From Halorussus marinus (lineage in GTDB: Archaea; Halobacteriota; Halobacteria; Halobacteriales; Haladaptataceae), in assembly GCF_004765795.1 (NCBI RefSeq), contig NZ_SBIV01000008.1, positions 124,001 through 188,000 of the forward strand: 64,000 nucleotides of DNA. Direction: 5' to 3'. The number at the start of each line of letters is the position of its first letter. Positions within the stretch are counted from its first letter, which is position 1. Below the pieces are notes generated by a model. That model had not been told where the DNA came from. It did not search any database and saw only the letters and a program-made list of their open reading frames with translations. A program made the translations under genes and the position numbers. Below are positions 1 through 10,074 of this stretch, in pieces.

Positions 1-2021
1 GCGGCCATCTCCCATCGGTTCCGATCGTCCGAGAGCAACGCGTCGAGGAGCCGATCCAGTTCGGCCCGCAACGCCGGCGACTCGATCGGCGCCACCGCCT
101 CGACTCGATTGTCGAGGTTCCGACTCATCCAGTCGGCCGACCCGAGGTAGTAGCCGGGGTCGTCGTTCGCGAAGCGCCAGACCCGCGAGTGTTCGAGGAA
201 TCGCCCGACGACGCTGTAAACGTCGATGTTCTCGCTGACGCCCTCCACGCCCGGTCGGAGCCGGCAGATGTCTCTGACCACGAGGTCGACGTCGACGCCG
301 GCCATCGACGCCTCGTACAGTTCGGCGACGAGTTCGGGGTCCTCGAGCCGGTTCATCTTCGCGACGATGCGGGCGTCCTCGCCCCGACGCGCACACTCGG
401 CCTCGTTCCGGACGAGGTCGACGAACCGCTCGCGCATGTTGCCGGGCGCGACCAGCAGCTTGCGGTACTGCTCGTGGAGCGAGTGGCCGGTGAAGTAGTT
501 GAACAGCTTCACGAGGTCCTGGCCCACGTCCCGATCGGCGGTCAGCAGTCCGAGGTCCTCGTAACGCTTTGCGGTCTCGGAGTGGTAGTTGCCCGTCCCG
601 ACGTGCGAGTAGAGCCGGACCCGATCGCCCTCGTCGCGGACGACCAGCGACACCTTGGTGTGGGTCTTGTAGCCGATCGTCCCGTAGGCGACGTGGATGC
701 CCTCGGATTCGAGCTTCTTCGCCCACTCCAGGTTGTTCTGCTCGTCGAACCGGGCCTTGAGTTCGACCATCACCGCGACCTGCTTGCCGTTGCGCGCGGC
801 CTCGATGAGCGTCTCGATAATCCGCGAGTCGCTGGCGGTCCGGTAGATGGCGGCCTTGATCGCGAGCACGTCGGGGTCGCGAGCCGCGGATTCGAGGAAT
901 CGCTGGACGGTGCCTCCGAACGAGTGGTACGGGTGGTGGACGAGCACGTCGTCGTCCCGGATCGTGGCGAAGATGTCGTCGCTGTCGGCCAGCCGCGGGT
1001 GGGGCTTTGGAGTCCACTCGGCGAGCTTGTGGTCCGGGTACTCGAGGTCGGTCAGCGACGCGAAGTCCCGGAAGTCGAGCGGGCCGGGCAGTTCGAACAC
1101 CTCCCGCTCGGTGAGCCCGAGCTGTTCGGTGAGCACCTCGCGGATCGCGGGATGGGCGTCGGACTCGATCTCCAGTCGGACCACGGTGGCGAATCGGCGC
1201 TCTTCGAGGACCTCCTCGATCATCTCGATGAGGTCCTCGGCGACCTCCCCGTCGCGGCCGACCTCCGCGTTCCGTGTCACCCGAAACAGCGAGTGGTCGA
1301 CGAGTTCGACGTTCGGGAACAGCAGTTCGAGGTTGTCGGCGATCACGTCTTCGAGCAGGACGAACCGGTCGTCGGCGTCGTCACCGACCGAAACGAGCCG
1401 CGAGCGGTTCTGGGGCACCTTCACCCGCGAGAAAGTCGGATCAGCGCCGGGGTCCTCGCGGGTCAGCACCGCGAGCGACAGGCTCAGGTTCGAGATGTGG
1501 GGAAACGGATGCGCGGGGTCGAACGTCAGCGGCGTCAGCGTCGGCAACACCGAGCTCTCGAAGTACGTCCGCAGGTCGGCCCGCTCGGCGTCGGTGAGAT
1601 CGTCGTACTCGAGGATCTCGACGCCGATCTCGGCGAGCGCGGGCCGGATCGCCTCGCGGTAGCACTCGGTCTGGCGCTCGAAGAGCGGCCGAGCCGTCTC
1701 CAAGACCTCGATCCACTGCTCGCGGGGCGTGCGGCCGTCGGGGGTGCGCTCTTCGACGCCCGCCGCGATCTGCTGTTTCAGCCCGCCGACCCGCTTGCGG
1801 AAGAACTCGTCGAGATTCGTGGTGACGATCGCGAGGAACTTGACCCGCTCTAGGAGGGGGTTGTCGTCGTCGAGGGCCTCCGCGAGGACGCGCCGCTGAA
1901 AGGCGAGCTCCGAGAGCTCGCGGTTGAGATAGAGGTCGGGGTCGGTCCGATCGAAGCAGTCGAGCGTCCCGTCGTCGGCCGGTGGTTCGGCGTCGCCGGC
2001 TATCGACTCGTCGTCCGCCAT
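1..2021 (-). CDS. ppk1: polyphosphate kinase 1 (3' end runs off the left edge of the window)
   Basis: ATG at 2021. Minus-strand translation gives YLNRELSELAFQRRVL, NLDEFFRKRVGGL, PFPHISNLSL, VHHPYHSF, ELKARFDEQNN, KTHTK, GTGNYH, GSADWMSRNLDNRVE, all PPK1 motifs. Not in the ORF track because it is truncated. Confidence 0.95.
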   Translation of the reverse strand, partial: MADDESIAGDAEPPADDGTLDCFDRTDPDLYLNRELSELAFQRRVLAEALDDDNPLLERVKFLAIVTTNLDEFFRKRVGGLKQQIAAGVEERTPDGRTPREQWIEVLETARPLFERQTECYREAIRPALAEIGVEILEYDDLTDAERADLRTYFESSVLPTLTPLTFDPAHPFPHISNLSLSLAVLTREDPGADPTFSRVKVPQNRSRLVSVGDDADDRFVLLEDVIADNLELLFPNVELVDHSLFRVTRNAEVGRDGEVAEDLIEMIEEVLEERRFATVVRLEIESDAHPAIREVLTEQLGLTEREVFELPGPLDFRDFASLTDLEYPDHKLAEWTPKPHPRLADSDDIFATIRDDDVLVHHPYHSFGGTVQRFLESAARDPDVLAIKAAIYRTASDSRIIETLIEAARNGKQVAVMVELKARFDEQNNLEWAKKLESEGIHVAYGTIGYKTHTKVSLVVRDEGDRVRLYSHVGTGNYHSETAKRYEDLGLLTADRDVGQDLVKLFNYFTGHSLHEQYRKLLVAPGNMRERFVDLVRNEAECARRGEDARIVAKMNRLEDPELVAELYEASMAGVDVDLVVRDICRLRPGVEGVSENIDVYSVVGRFLEHSRVWRFANDDPGYYLGSADWMSRNLDNRVEAVAPIESPALRAELDRLLDALLSDDRNRWEMA

Positions 2022-2023
2022 GA

Positions 2024-2764
2024 CTACGGGATCACGGCGTCGCGGTCGCCGTCGGGCGCGACGACCTTGTCGTCGCTCCTGTCGAGGTACTGCTCGCGGG
2101 CCGGCACCGAGACGAACGCCCCGGCCGCACAGTCGTAGGCGGTCAGCTCGCCGCCGTGGACACAGCCGGTGTCGAGCGCGACCGCGTGCTCGCGCTCGGT
2201 CGCGCGCCCGTGGACGGTGTGACCGAAGAAGATCCGGGGCGGGCCCTCGTACTCGTCGTACCAGAGCGGGCCCTCGTAGGCGTCGTCGGCCCGGGGCGCG
2301 CGCATGTTCAGCAGGTCGGTCGCATCGTGGTCGGCCAGCGCCCGCCGGGGGTCGACGCCGCCGTGGACCACGAGCCCGCCCGGCCACGAGATCGCGACCG
2401 GGAGGTTCTCGACGAACGTCGCGAGCGACTCGGGGAGGTCGAGTCCGGTCTCTCCCCGGAGGTACTTCGCCTCGTTGTTCCCGAGCACGCTCCTGAGGTT
2501 CGGGCTGTCGCGGACGAGTTCGAGCACGCCCCGGGTGTCGGGGCCCTTCCGGACCAGATCGCCGACGAACACGACGAGGTCGTCGTCGCCGGGGTCGAGC
2601 CGATCGAGGAGGGCTTCTAGCTCCCGACGACAGCCGTGGACGTCGCCGACGACGGTGACGCTGTGCCACTCGTCGGCGTCGAGGCGCTCGTGGCGGGGCT
2701 CGACTGCGGGGCCGAACACCGGTCGGATCTCCGAATCGCGTCGCTCGGTCCGTGTAACTCCCAT
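2024..2764 (-). CDS. metallophosphoesterase (PPP/ApaH-like family)
   Basis: GDVHG, GDLVRKGPD, LGNNE, FFGHT, LDTGCV motifs; ends 2 bp before the ppk1 start. Confidence 0.9.
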   Translation of the reverse strand: MGVTRTERRDSEIRPVFGPAVEPRHERLDADEWHSVTVVGDVHGCRRELEALLDRLDPGDDDLVVFVGDLVRKGPDTRGVLELVRDSPNLRSVLGNNEAKYLRGETGLDLPESLATFVENLPVAISWPGGLVVHGGVDPRRALADHDATDLLNMRAPRADDAYEGPLWYDEYEGPPRIFFGHTVHGRATEREHAVALDTGCVHGGELTAYDCAAGAFVSVPAREQYLDRSDDKVVAPDGDRDAVIP

Positions 2765-2870
2765 GTGATCGTCCAGCGGTTCGGAGAGCCGGTATTAACG
2801 GATTGCTATGAACGCTATATAGGGGCCGGTAGCGGTCCGAAACCGACGGTCGAGGCGGGCGGTCGGGACC

Positions 2871-4049
2871 TCAGCCCCGGAGGGCCTCGACGGGCTCGGA
2901 CTCGGCGGCCTTCCACGCCGGATAGAGCCCGCCGACGACGCTCGCGGTCACGCCGAAGGCGAACCCGACCACGGCGTACCGGAGCGCCTCCGCGCTGAAC
3001 GCGAGCGGATCGCCGAGCAACGCGCCGTTGATCAGCGACCCGACCGCGAAGCTGATCGCGGTCCCGAGGATCGCGCCGGTCAGCCCGAGCAGCGCCGCCT
3101 CCGCGAGCATGATCCGGAGCACGTCCATCCGGTGGTAGCCGACCGCCCGGAGCACGCCGATCTCCTGCTTGCGTTCGATGACGCTCATCAGCATCACGTT
3201 GGTGATGCTGACCCCCGCCACCACCAGCGAGATGGCGCCGATCCCGATGAGAAAGAGGTTGATCTGTGCGAACGCCTGATCGATCTGCTCGGAGACGTCG
3301 GCGCGCTCGAAGACGTTGATGAGCTCCTCGCGACCGTTGAACTCGTCGCGGATCGCCATCGCGGTCGCGTTGGCCTCGGTCGCGCCGTCGGTCCGGACGA
3401 TGACCTGGCTGTAGCCCTCGCCGTCGAACTGCTCGACCGGCAGGACGACCGCGTCGTTCGGGCGCGCTGGCGCGGCCTGACCCTCGTCTTGGAGGACGGC
3501 CTGCACTCGATAGGTCTCGGTGACCTCGACCGGCTGGCCGTCGCGGGTGACGGTGCGCCGGAGTTCGAGCTTGTTGCCCGGTTCGAGGTCGTTCCGATCC
3601 GCGAACGTCTGGCCGATCAGCGCGCCCTTCCGCCAGTTGCCCGGGATCGACCCCCGACGGACCTCGTAGAGCGACTCGGGATCTGTGACTCCGTAGACGG
3701 TCACGCCGCCCGACCCCTCGCCGACCGTCCGGGACTGTCGCTGTTTCAGCGGCACGATCTCGCTGTCGCCGGCGAGGCGGTCGATGATCTGGACGTCGCT
3801 GTCGGTGAGGTAGGCGGGGTCTTTCTCGCCGCTCGCGTACACCTGGAGGTCGCTCCCGATCTCGCCGATAGTCTCGAGCTGGGCCTCCTTGAACGCGACG
3901 CCGAACATCCCGAGCGACGCGATGGCGACCACGCCGATGACGATCGCAAGCACCGCGAGCGCGGTCCGGGTGCGGGCCCGCGCGAGGTTTCGGCGGGCCA
4001 TCAGGAACGTCGGGACGCGCCGCCACAGCGGCTCAAGCACGCCGGTCAC
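2871..4049 (-). CDS. ABC transporter permease (MacB/FtsX type)
   Basis: ARRNLARARTRTAL, ITNVMLMSVIERKQEIGVLRAVG, GLYPAWKAA..PVEALR. Confidence 0.92.
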   Translation of the reverse strand: MTGVLEPLWRRVPTFLMARRNLARARTRTALAVLAIVIGVVAIASLGMFGVAFKEAQLETIGEIGSDLQVYASGEKDPAYLTDSDVQIIDRLAGDSEIVPLKQRQSRTVGEGSGGVTVYGVTDPESLYEVRRGSIPGNWRKGALIGQTFADRNDLEPGNKLELRRTVTRDGQPVEVTETYRVQAVLQDEGQAAPARPNDAVVLPVEQFDGEGYSQVIVRTDGATEANATAMAIRDEFNGREELINVFERADVSEQIDQAFAQINLFLIGIGAISLVVAGVSITNVMLMSVIERKQEIGVLRAVGYHRMDVLRIMLAEAALLGLTGAILGTAISFAVGSLINGALLGDPLAFSAEALRYAVVGFAFGVTASVVGGLYPAWKAAESEPVEALRG

Positions 4050-4740
4050 CCCGACTGTGTTCGGCGTCCGCGCCCGACACGATCGAGCCGTCGATGAGCT
4101 CGACCACCCGGTCGGCGTAGTCGGCGACGTAGTCGTCGTGGGTGACCGTCACCACCGCGACGTCGTCGTCCTCGCAGATCTGGCCGAACTCGTCGAGGAT
4201 GACGTCGCCGGTGTCCCGGTCGAGGTTGCCGGTCGGCTCGTCGGCCAACAGGAGGTCGGGCTGGTTCACCAGCGACCGGGCGATCGCGACCCGCTGTTTC
4301 TGGCCGCCCGACAGCTCGTCGGGGTAGTGGTCGAGCCGGTCGCCCAGCCCGACGCGTTCGAGCAGTTCGGTCGCCCGCCGGGTGGTCTCTTTGGGCTCGC
4401 CCGCGAGCAGTCGCGGGACCTCGACGTTCTCCCGGGCGGTCAGCGTCGGCACGAGGAAGAAACTCTGGAAGACGAATCCGATGGTCTCGCTCCGGCGGTC
4501 GGTCCGCTCGGCGGTCGTCAGCGTCGAGACGTCCTCGCCGTCGAGCAACACGGTTCCCCGCGTCGGGACGTCGAGCAGCCCGAGGATGTTGAGCAGGGTC
4601 GACTTCCCGCTCCCGCTGGGGCCGACGATGGAGACGAACTCGCCGCGCTCGACCTCGAAGTCGATGCCAGCGAGCGCGCGGACCGTCTCCCCGCCGGTCT
4701 CGTACTCCTTGACGACGTCGGTTCCGGTGACCAGCGACAT
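4033..4740 (-). CDS. ABC transporter ATP-binding protein (LolD/MacB type)
   Basis: Walker [34 protein letters not shown]. Confidence 0.95.
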   Translation of the reverse strand: MSLVTGTDVVKEYETGGETVRALAGIDFEVERGEFVSIVGPSGSGKSTLLNILGLLDVPTRGTVLLDGEDVSTLTTAERTDRRSETIGFVFQSFFLVPTLTARENVEVPRLLAGEPKETTRRATELLERVGLGDRLDHYPDELSGGQKQRVAIARSLVNQPDLLLADEPTGNLDRDTGDVILDEFGQICEDDDVAVVTVTHDDYVADYADRVVELIDGSIVSGADAEHSRGDRRA

Positions 4741-4741
4741 C

Positions 4742-6235
4742 TTACCGGCGGGTCCACCAGACGCCCGCGACGATCAGGAGCGCGACCAGCCCGCCGATCG
4801 GGACCAGCGGGATCGAACTCCCGCCCGAGTTCGATTCGTCGCCGGACGGCGCGGGGCCGACGTCGACCTCGACGGTCCGAGTCCGGGTCACGTCGTCGAC
4901 GACGTAGCTCACCCGAAGCGGGACGGTCGTCCGGTTGTTCGAGAGTTCGGCGTTCACGTCGAAGGTGACGAAGTCGCTCGAGTCGACCGTCCCGACGAAG
5001 TACTCGGGCTGGGGCTGGGCCTTCCGGACGTTCTGGGCGTCGGCGACGCTCACGACCACGCTCTCGACCGCTTCGCCGCCGAGGTTGGCGGCGCTCCCCG
5101 AGACGGTGAGCCGGTCGCCCTGCCACTCGGCGTTCACGCCCGTCAGCGAGACGTTACCGGGGTTGTCGGGCGGAGTCAGGTCGGCGGTGGCGGTCCGGGT
5201 GATCCGGCGTTCGACGCCGTCGCCGTCGGTGTAGGTCAGGGTGAGGTTCACCGGATACGTCCCCGACTCGGCGCTCCGGGCGCGGTAGGAGAACGTCCGC
5301 TCGGACCCGCCGGCCAGCGAGGGAACGACCCGGCGGTTCTCGCGGATCGTGACGTCGTCGCTGTCGGCTTCGAGCGAGACCTGTCGGACCGCACTCTCCA
5401 TCCCGTTCGAGACGGTGACGTTGAGCGACCGCCACGCACCCTCGACGGCCGACTCCGTCTCGACCGCGAGCTGGGGGTGGTCGGTCGGCTGGGCCGGCGG
5501 CGTGAAGTCAGCCCGCAACAGCCGGGTCAGCCGGCGGCTCTCGCCGTCGGCGGTCGTGTACGAGAGCTCGACCTCGACGGGGTACTCGCCGGCTTCCTCG
5601 ACCCCGCCGGTGAACTCGAAGTCGGTTTCCGCGCCGCTCTCGAGGCGGGCTCGGATCTTGGCGTCCTCCTCGATCGAGACGTCCTCGCCGTCGACGTCGA
5701 CCGAGAGCTGTCTGATGGCGTCGTCGCGGCCGTTCGAGACGGTGACTGTCATCGTGCGGGCGTCGAGCGAGACCGCCGACTCGGTGTCGAGCGACAGCTG
5801 GGGGTGCTCGCCGTTCACGCGGAGCGTGAGCGGGTGGACGACCCGCCGCTGTTGGCCGTCGCGGCTCTCGAGGACGACGTGGACGTAGAGGTCGCGCTCG
5901 CCGGTGTTGTTGAGCGTGGCCTCGAACCCGCGACGTTCGGTCTCGCCCGGTTCGACCGTGGTCGGGCCGGGCTGGTGACTCTCGCGGAGCTTCGAGCTTC
6001 GCATCTCGCCGTCGCGGAGTTCGAGCCGGCTCACGCTGTAGGCGGTGTTCGACGACTCGGCGTTCGTGACGGTGGCCGCGATCCGGAACGGCTGTTCGGG
6101 CGACGGGAAGTCGGGGGCGTCGACCGACACCGAGACGAAGTCGTCGTCGGCGACCGCGGTGCCCGCGCCTGCTGGCGCGACGGTCGCGACGACGAGAATC
6201 GTTACGAGCAACGTTGGGACGGATTTTCGCGTCAT
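4742..6235 (-). CDS. secreted, membrane-anchored COG1361-type (S-layer/Ig-like repeat) protein
   Basis: N-terminal signal peptide, repeated beta-rich modules (HPQL...V.V.NG...RQ.S), C-terminal TM helix plus RR; first gene of the ABC operon. Confidence 0.75.
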   Translation of the reverse strand: MTRKSVPTLLVTILVVATVAPAGAGTAVADDDFVSVSVDAPDFPSPEQPFRIAATVTNAESSNTAYSVSRLELRDGEMRSSKLRESHQPGPTTVEPGETERRGFEATLNNTGERDLYVHVVLESRDGQQRRVVHPLTLRVNGEHPQLSLDTESAVSLDARTMTVTVSNGRDDAIRQLSVDVDGEDVSIEEDAKIRARLESGAETDFEFTGGVEEAGEYPVEVELSYTTADGESRRLTRLLRADFTPPAQPTDHPQLAVETESAVEGAWRSLNVTVSNGMESAVRQVSLEADSDDVTIRENRRVVPSLAGGSERTFSYRARSAESGTYPVNLTLTYTDGDGVERRITRTATADLTPPDNPGNVSLTGVNAEWQGDRLTVSGSAANLGGEAVESVVVSVADAQNVRKAQPQPEYFVGTVDSSDFVTFDVNAELSNNRTTVPLRVSYVVDDVTRTRTVEVDVGPAPSGDESNSGGSSIPLVPIGGLVALLIVAGVWWTRR

Positions 6236-6399
6236 TGTGTACAGTGAATCTCGTGGGGGTTGAAGCGGCGTCAGACGGCGACTCCGCGTGTGGAGGGTCG
6301 TGGTTCGGCGCCGTCGACTGAACCGTTCGGCTACCTGTGTAGACGTAACACGGGAAAGCGGCCGGATAACTATTACGATACAGACAGGAAAGTGTCGGT

Positions 6400-7551
6400 C
6401 TACAGCCGATCGAGGGCGAACAGGTCGAGGTCGTATTCGCGCTCGACAACCCCATCCACTGATAGGTCCGCGAGCGCCTCGCCGACCGCGCTACAGAACT
6501 TGAAGCCGTGGCCGGTGAACCCGGCGGCGACCGCCACCTGCGGGTGGTCGGGGTGGCGCCCGAGGTAGTGGTGGCCGTCGTGCGACCGGGTCAGGAGACA
6601 CGTCTTGAGCCCGAGAGTGGTCCCGGCGGCGGCCGGAAACTGGGCCTCGACGGCCGCCCGCAACCGGGCCGCCTCGGCGTCGGTCGGCTCGCGGTCCATC
6701 CGATCGGGGTCGACCGCCTCCGGATCCTCCGGGGTCCGGCCGATCTTGATGCCGGGCACGTCGTGGATCGGGAAGCCGTAGGTGTGGTGGTCCTCGCCGT
6801 CGACGATGAAGACCGGGAACGACTCGGGGGTGAACCGCTCGGGCGCCTCCGGACGGAACCACGCCATGACCCGGCGCTCGGGCGTGAGGTGCTCGCGCAA
6901 CGCCGGCAGGACCTCGCCGGTCCACGCTCCGGCGGCGACGACGAGTCGGTCCGCACGGTACCGACCCCGCTCGGTGGTGACCTCGACGCCGTCGCCGACG
7001 GGCCGCCAGTCGACCGCCGGCTCCCGGGCGCGGATCTCGGCCCCGGCGTCGAGCGCGCCTTCGACGTGGCCGACGATGCAGTCTTCGGGCACGAGAAAGC
7101 CGCCGTCGGGCTGGACGACCGCGCGGTACGACGCCGGGAGATCGTAGCCGGGGTATCGCTCGGACAGTTCGGCGCCGGTGAGCAGGTCGTACTCGAAGGC
7201 GTTCGCCTCACAGCACTCGATCGCGTCCGCGACGTACTCGCCGTCGGCGGGGCCGGCGTGGACCGACCCGGTGCGGTGCAGGAGGTCGCGGTCGGTCTCG
7301 GCCGCCAGCTCGTCCCAGAGGTCGCCGGCCCGGCTCGCGAGCCCCACGTAGTCGGGATGTTTCGTCTGGACGAGCCGGAAGATCCGGGTCTCGCCGTGCG
7401 AAGACCCCATGTCGTGTGGCACGTCGTAGCGTTCGAGTCCGAGGACGTCCAGTCCCCGGCGGGCGAGGTGGTAAACGGCCGCGCTTCCCATGCCGCCGAC
7501 GCCGACGACGATGACGTCGCGGCGCGCGCCGGTGTCGTTCGCGCGAGACAC
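6400..7551 (-). CDS. solA: N-methyl-L-tryptophan/sarcosine oxidase family flavoprotein
   Basis: VGVGGMGS FAD motif, GSSHGETRIFR, KTCL, GFTGHGFKF. Confidence 0.85.
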   Translation of the reverse strand: MSRANDTGARRDVIVVGVGGMGSAAVYHLARRGLDVLGLERYDVPHDMGSSHGETRIFRLVQTKHPDYVGLASRAGDLWDELAAETDRDLLHRTGSVHAGPADGEYVADAIECCEANAFEYDLLTGAELSERYPGYDLPASYRAVVQPDGGFLVPEDCIVGHVEGALDAGAEIRAREPAVDWRPVGDGVEVTTERGRYRADRLVVAAGAWTGEVLPALREHLTPERRVMAWFRPEAPERFTPESFPVFIVDGEDHHTYGFPIHDVPGIKIGRTPEDPEAVDPDRMDREPTDAEAARLRAAVEAQFPAAAGTTLGLKTCLLTRSHDGHHYLGRHPDHPQVAVAAGFTGHGFKFCSAVGEALADLSVDGVVEREYDLDLFALDRL

Positions 7552-7735
7552 TGACGGTACTCCCGAGAGCGCGATATTATATCTTTCCCGTCCGACAGGG
7601 TCGCGAGGCCGACTCGCTTCGCGCGGGCTCGATCCGTCGGTCGCGAACGGGACGACCGACCGGCCGGGAATGTACGTCGACTAATACTTATGCGTGACGT
7701 GTAAACGCACAGACGACCGAACGGAGAGTTCGAAT

Positions 7736-9295
7736 ATGGTTGATCAATCGCTTCCCGGTTCGGACGACGGCGGCGGCAGAGAGATAACGCGCGGCGTCGC
7801 GGTCGCGGCGGCGGTCCTGGTGGCCGTCGCGCTCGCGATAGGGTGGTACTTCAGGCCGTGGTTCCAGGGGCTCGTCTACCTCCTGTACACGACGCCGATG
7901 GTGCTCGTCGCGGGCGCGGTCGCGGCCGCGGTGACAGCGACGCTGTGGCGGCGGGACTTCCCGCTCACCGCGAACGCCGCGCTCGGCATCTTCGTCGTCG
8001 TGCTCGTCGCGGGCACCGGCGCCGCGGGGCTGTTCGCGGGCGAGGAACTCGGGACCTCGACGATGGCCGACTCCGAGGTCACCGGCGGGCTCTCGGAGGT
8101 AGACCCCGACCGACCGCGGGTCGTCACCAAGAGCGTCGCGAGCCGGTACGCCTCGAACACGCTGAACTTCCCCCAGTACCGGATCAGCGGCGGCGACATC
8201 ACCGTCTACAACGGGACGCCCCACTGGTCGTACGCGCTCTCGCCCGACGGGACGTGGAACCACCTGACGAAACAACAGCACGGCACCGTTCTGGTCGATA
8301 TGACCCGCCAGAACGCCCAGACGGAGGTCGTCACCGGCGACCTCCGGAAGGGGATCGGGACCGCGTTCTACAACCACTACAAGTGGCACACCGTCAAGAA
8401 CGGGGAGTACCTCGTCGACTACGAGGACCCGTTCATGGTCGTCCACGAGGGCGAACAGTACGTCGCGGTCCCCTACACCAAACCGGAGTTTCACTGGACG
8501 CCGGTCCCCCACACGACGCCCGAGTGGGGCGGCGTCGCGCTGATCGACAGCGACGGCTCGCTCGAAGACCTCTCGCCGGCCGAGGCCCGGTCGCATCCGG
8601 TCCTCGAAGGCCAGAAGCTCTACCCGCTCTCGCTGGCGCGCCAGAAGGTGGCCGCGACCAAGTACCGCAACGGCATCGTCAACACCTTCACGAGCCACCG
8701 CGACGAGATCGAGGTCGCGCCGGTCCCCGGCGAGGACAACGACCAGCCGTTTGTGGTGCTGACCGAGAACGGCCCCGAGTACGTGGTGGCGGTCGAGCCC
8801 TACGGCGATGCACAGGGGCTCAAAGAGGTCTGGACCGTCGACAGCCGGACCGGCGACTTCCAGCGGTACTCGCCAAACGAGTCGCTGTTCGGGCCCCGGA
8901 AGGCGACCGACTACGTGCGACAGGCCGCCCGGACGACCGACTGGAACCGGTTTACCCCCTCCGAGCCGATCCCGGTGGTCGTTGACGGGGAGTTCTACTG
9001 GGAAGTCCGGGTGGTACCCGAGGACAGCAGTGGGATCGCGTACATCGCGTTCGTGAACGCGCGATCGAGCGACGTCGTCGAAGTCGAGCAGACCGAGGAG
9101 GTGTCGGCGTTCCTGCGGGGCGCGACCGTCGCGCCCGACGCCGGCGACGGCGAGGGGTCGACCGACGGCGACGCCCCCGAGATGATCGTCCAGCGCGTCG
9201 CCGATAACGGCACCGTGCTCGAAACGCTGGAAGTGTACGGCAACGAGTCGATCCAGATCGAACGGGGCGCTCGCAACGAAACCGACGGTCGGTGA
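7736..9295 (+). CDS. hypothetical membrane protein (3 N-terminal TM helices plus large soluble domain)
   Basis: Acidic ORF with halophile-like codon use; ATG at 7736 preferred over 7694. Confidence 0.75.
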   Translation: MVDQSLPGSDDGGGREITRGVAVAAAVLVAVALAIGWYFRPWFQGLVYLLYTTPMVLVAGAVAAAVTATLWRRDFPLTANAALGIFVVVLVAGTGAAGLFAGEELGTSTMADSEVTGGLSEVDPDRPRVVTKSVASRYASNTLNFPQYRISGGDITVYNGTPHWSYALSPDGTWNHLTKQQHGTVLVDMTRQNAQTEVVTGDLRKGIGTAFYNHYKWHTVKNGEYLVDYEDPFMVVHEGEQYVAVPYTKPEFHWTPVPHTTPEWGGVALIDSDGSLEDLSPAEARSHPVLEGQKLYPLSLARQKVAATKYRNGIVNTFTSHRDEIEVAPVPGEDNDQPFVVLTENGPEYVVAVEPYGDAQGLKEVWTVDSRTGDFQRYSPNESLFGPRKATDYVRQAARTTDWNRFTPSEPIPVVVDGEFYWEVRVVPEDSSGIAYIAFVNARSSDVVEVEQTEEVSAFLRGATVAPDAGDGEGSTDGDAPEMIVQRVADNGTVLETLEVYGNESIQIERGARNETDGR

Positions 9296-9316
9296 GCAAG
9301 CCCCCGGTCGCCGGCC

Positions 9317-9685
9317 TCAGAGCCGATCGCGACACCCGTCGATGAACGACGAGAGCTTCGACCCGACTTCGGGCTCGACGCTCAACAGGACGCTGTGACA
9401 CTGCTCGTGGGGGAACTGGAACACGTAGGCGTTGTCGTGGTAGTGGACGATCGCGGCCTTCGATCCGATCTCGGTCTCGGGACGCTCGTGAACCCCCGCC
9501 TCGAAGTCGATCCGAAACGACTCGGCGACTCGCTCGTAGCGGTCCTCGGTGTAGGTCTGTCGGACGTCGTCGCGGATGTAGATCGGCTTCCAGTCGTCTT
9601 CGAAGAGGACGAACACGGTCCGTAAGGCGTCGCCTAACTGATCGGTCGCGTAGCCCGCCAGTCGCTCGCCCGTGGCAGACGGCAT
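9317..9685 (-). CDS. small hypothetical haloarchaeal protein
   Basis: 122-aa acidic ORF (LGDALRTV...YIRDDV...VLLSVE) with a TATA-like CTCTAAG upstream. Confidence 0.7.
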   Translation of the reverse strand: MPSATGERLAGYATDQLGDALRTVFVLFEDDWKPIYIRDDVRQTYTEDRYERVAESFRIDFEAGVHERPETEIGSKAAIVHYHDNAYVFQFPHEQCHSVLLSVEPEVGSKLSSFIDGCRDRL

Positions 9686-9875
9686 GCGCTGGAGATGGCA
9701 ACACCCCCACTTAGAGCTAGTGGTACGGAATCACCGTCGGCCTCGTCCGGATCGACCGACGTCCGCCGACCGGCGCTGACGAGCGGGACGCTGTCGAAAG
9801 ATAAGTGCCGAAGTTAGGTGGCTGGGGAGTTGCGGCCCCAGTTTCCGGACGGACAGTCCCCGCCCGGAAAGGAGG

Positions 9876-9949
9876 TGGGCCAACACGGATTTGAACCGCG
9901 AACCTCCCGGTTATCAGCCGAGCGCTCAACCTGATTGAGCTATTGGCCC
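9876..9949 (-). tRNA. tRNA-Ile (anticodon GAU), CCA not encoded
   Basis: Reverse complement GGGCCAATAGCTCAATCAGGTTGAGCGCTCGGCTGATAACCGGGAGGTTCGCGGTTCAAATCCGTGTTGGCCCA folds as a cloverleaf; anticodon loop CT-GAT-AA; promoter CTTAAA at about 9984-9989. Confidence 0.97.
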
Positions 9950-10074
9950 AGGTGAGCGCATTCTTTGGTTGCCCCCTCGGATGTTTAAGCGTTTCCTTTC
10001 GCCGACGGTTCGGTACGCCCTCACGGGGTTTTCGACGCCGAGCCCCCCACGGCGATCCGATCGAAGCCGCCGGT

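Noticed and set aside
9686..9949. Provirus or island integrated at tRNA-Ile
   Set aside because: No integrase and no second copy of the tRNA 3' end seen in the window.
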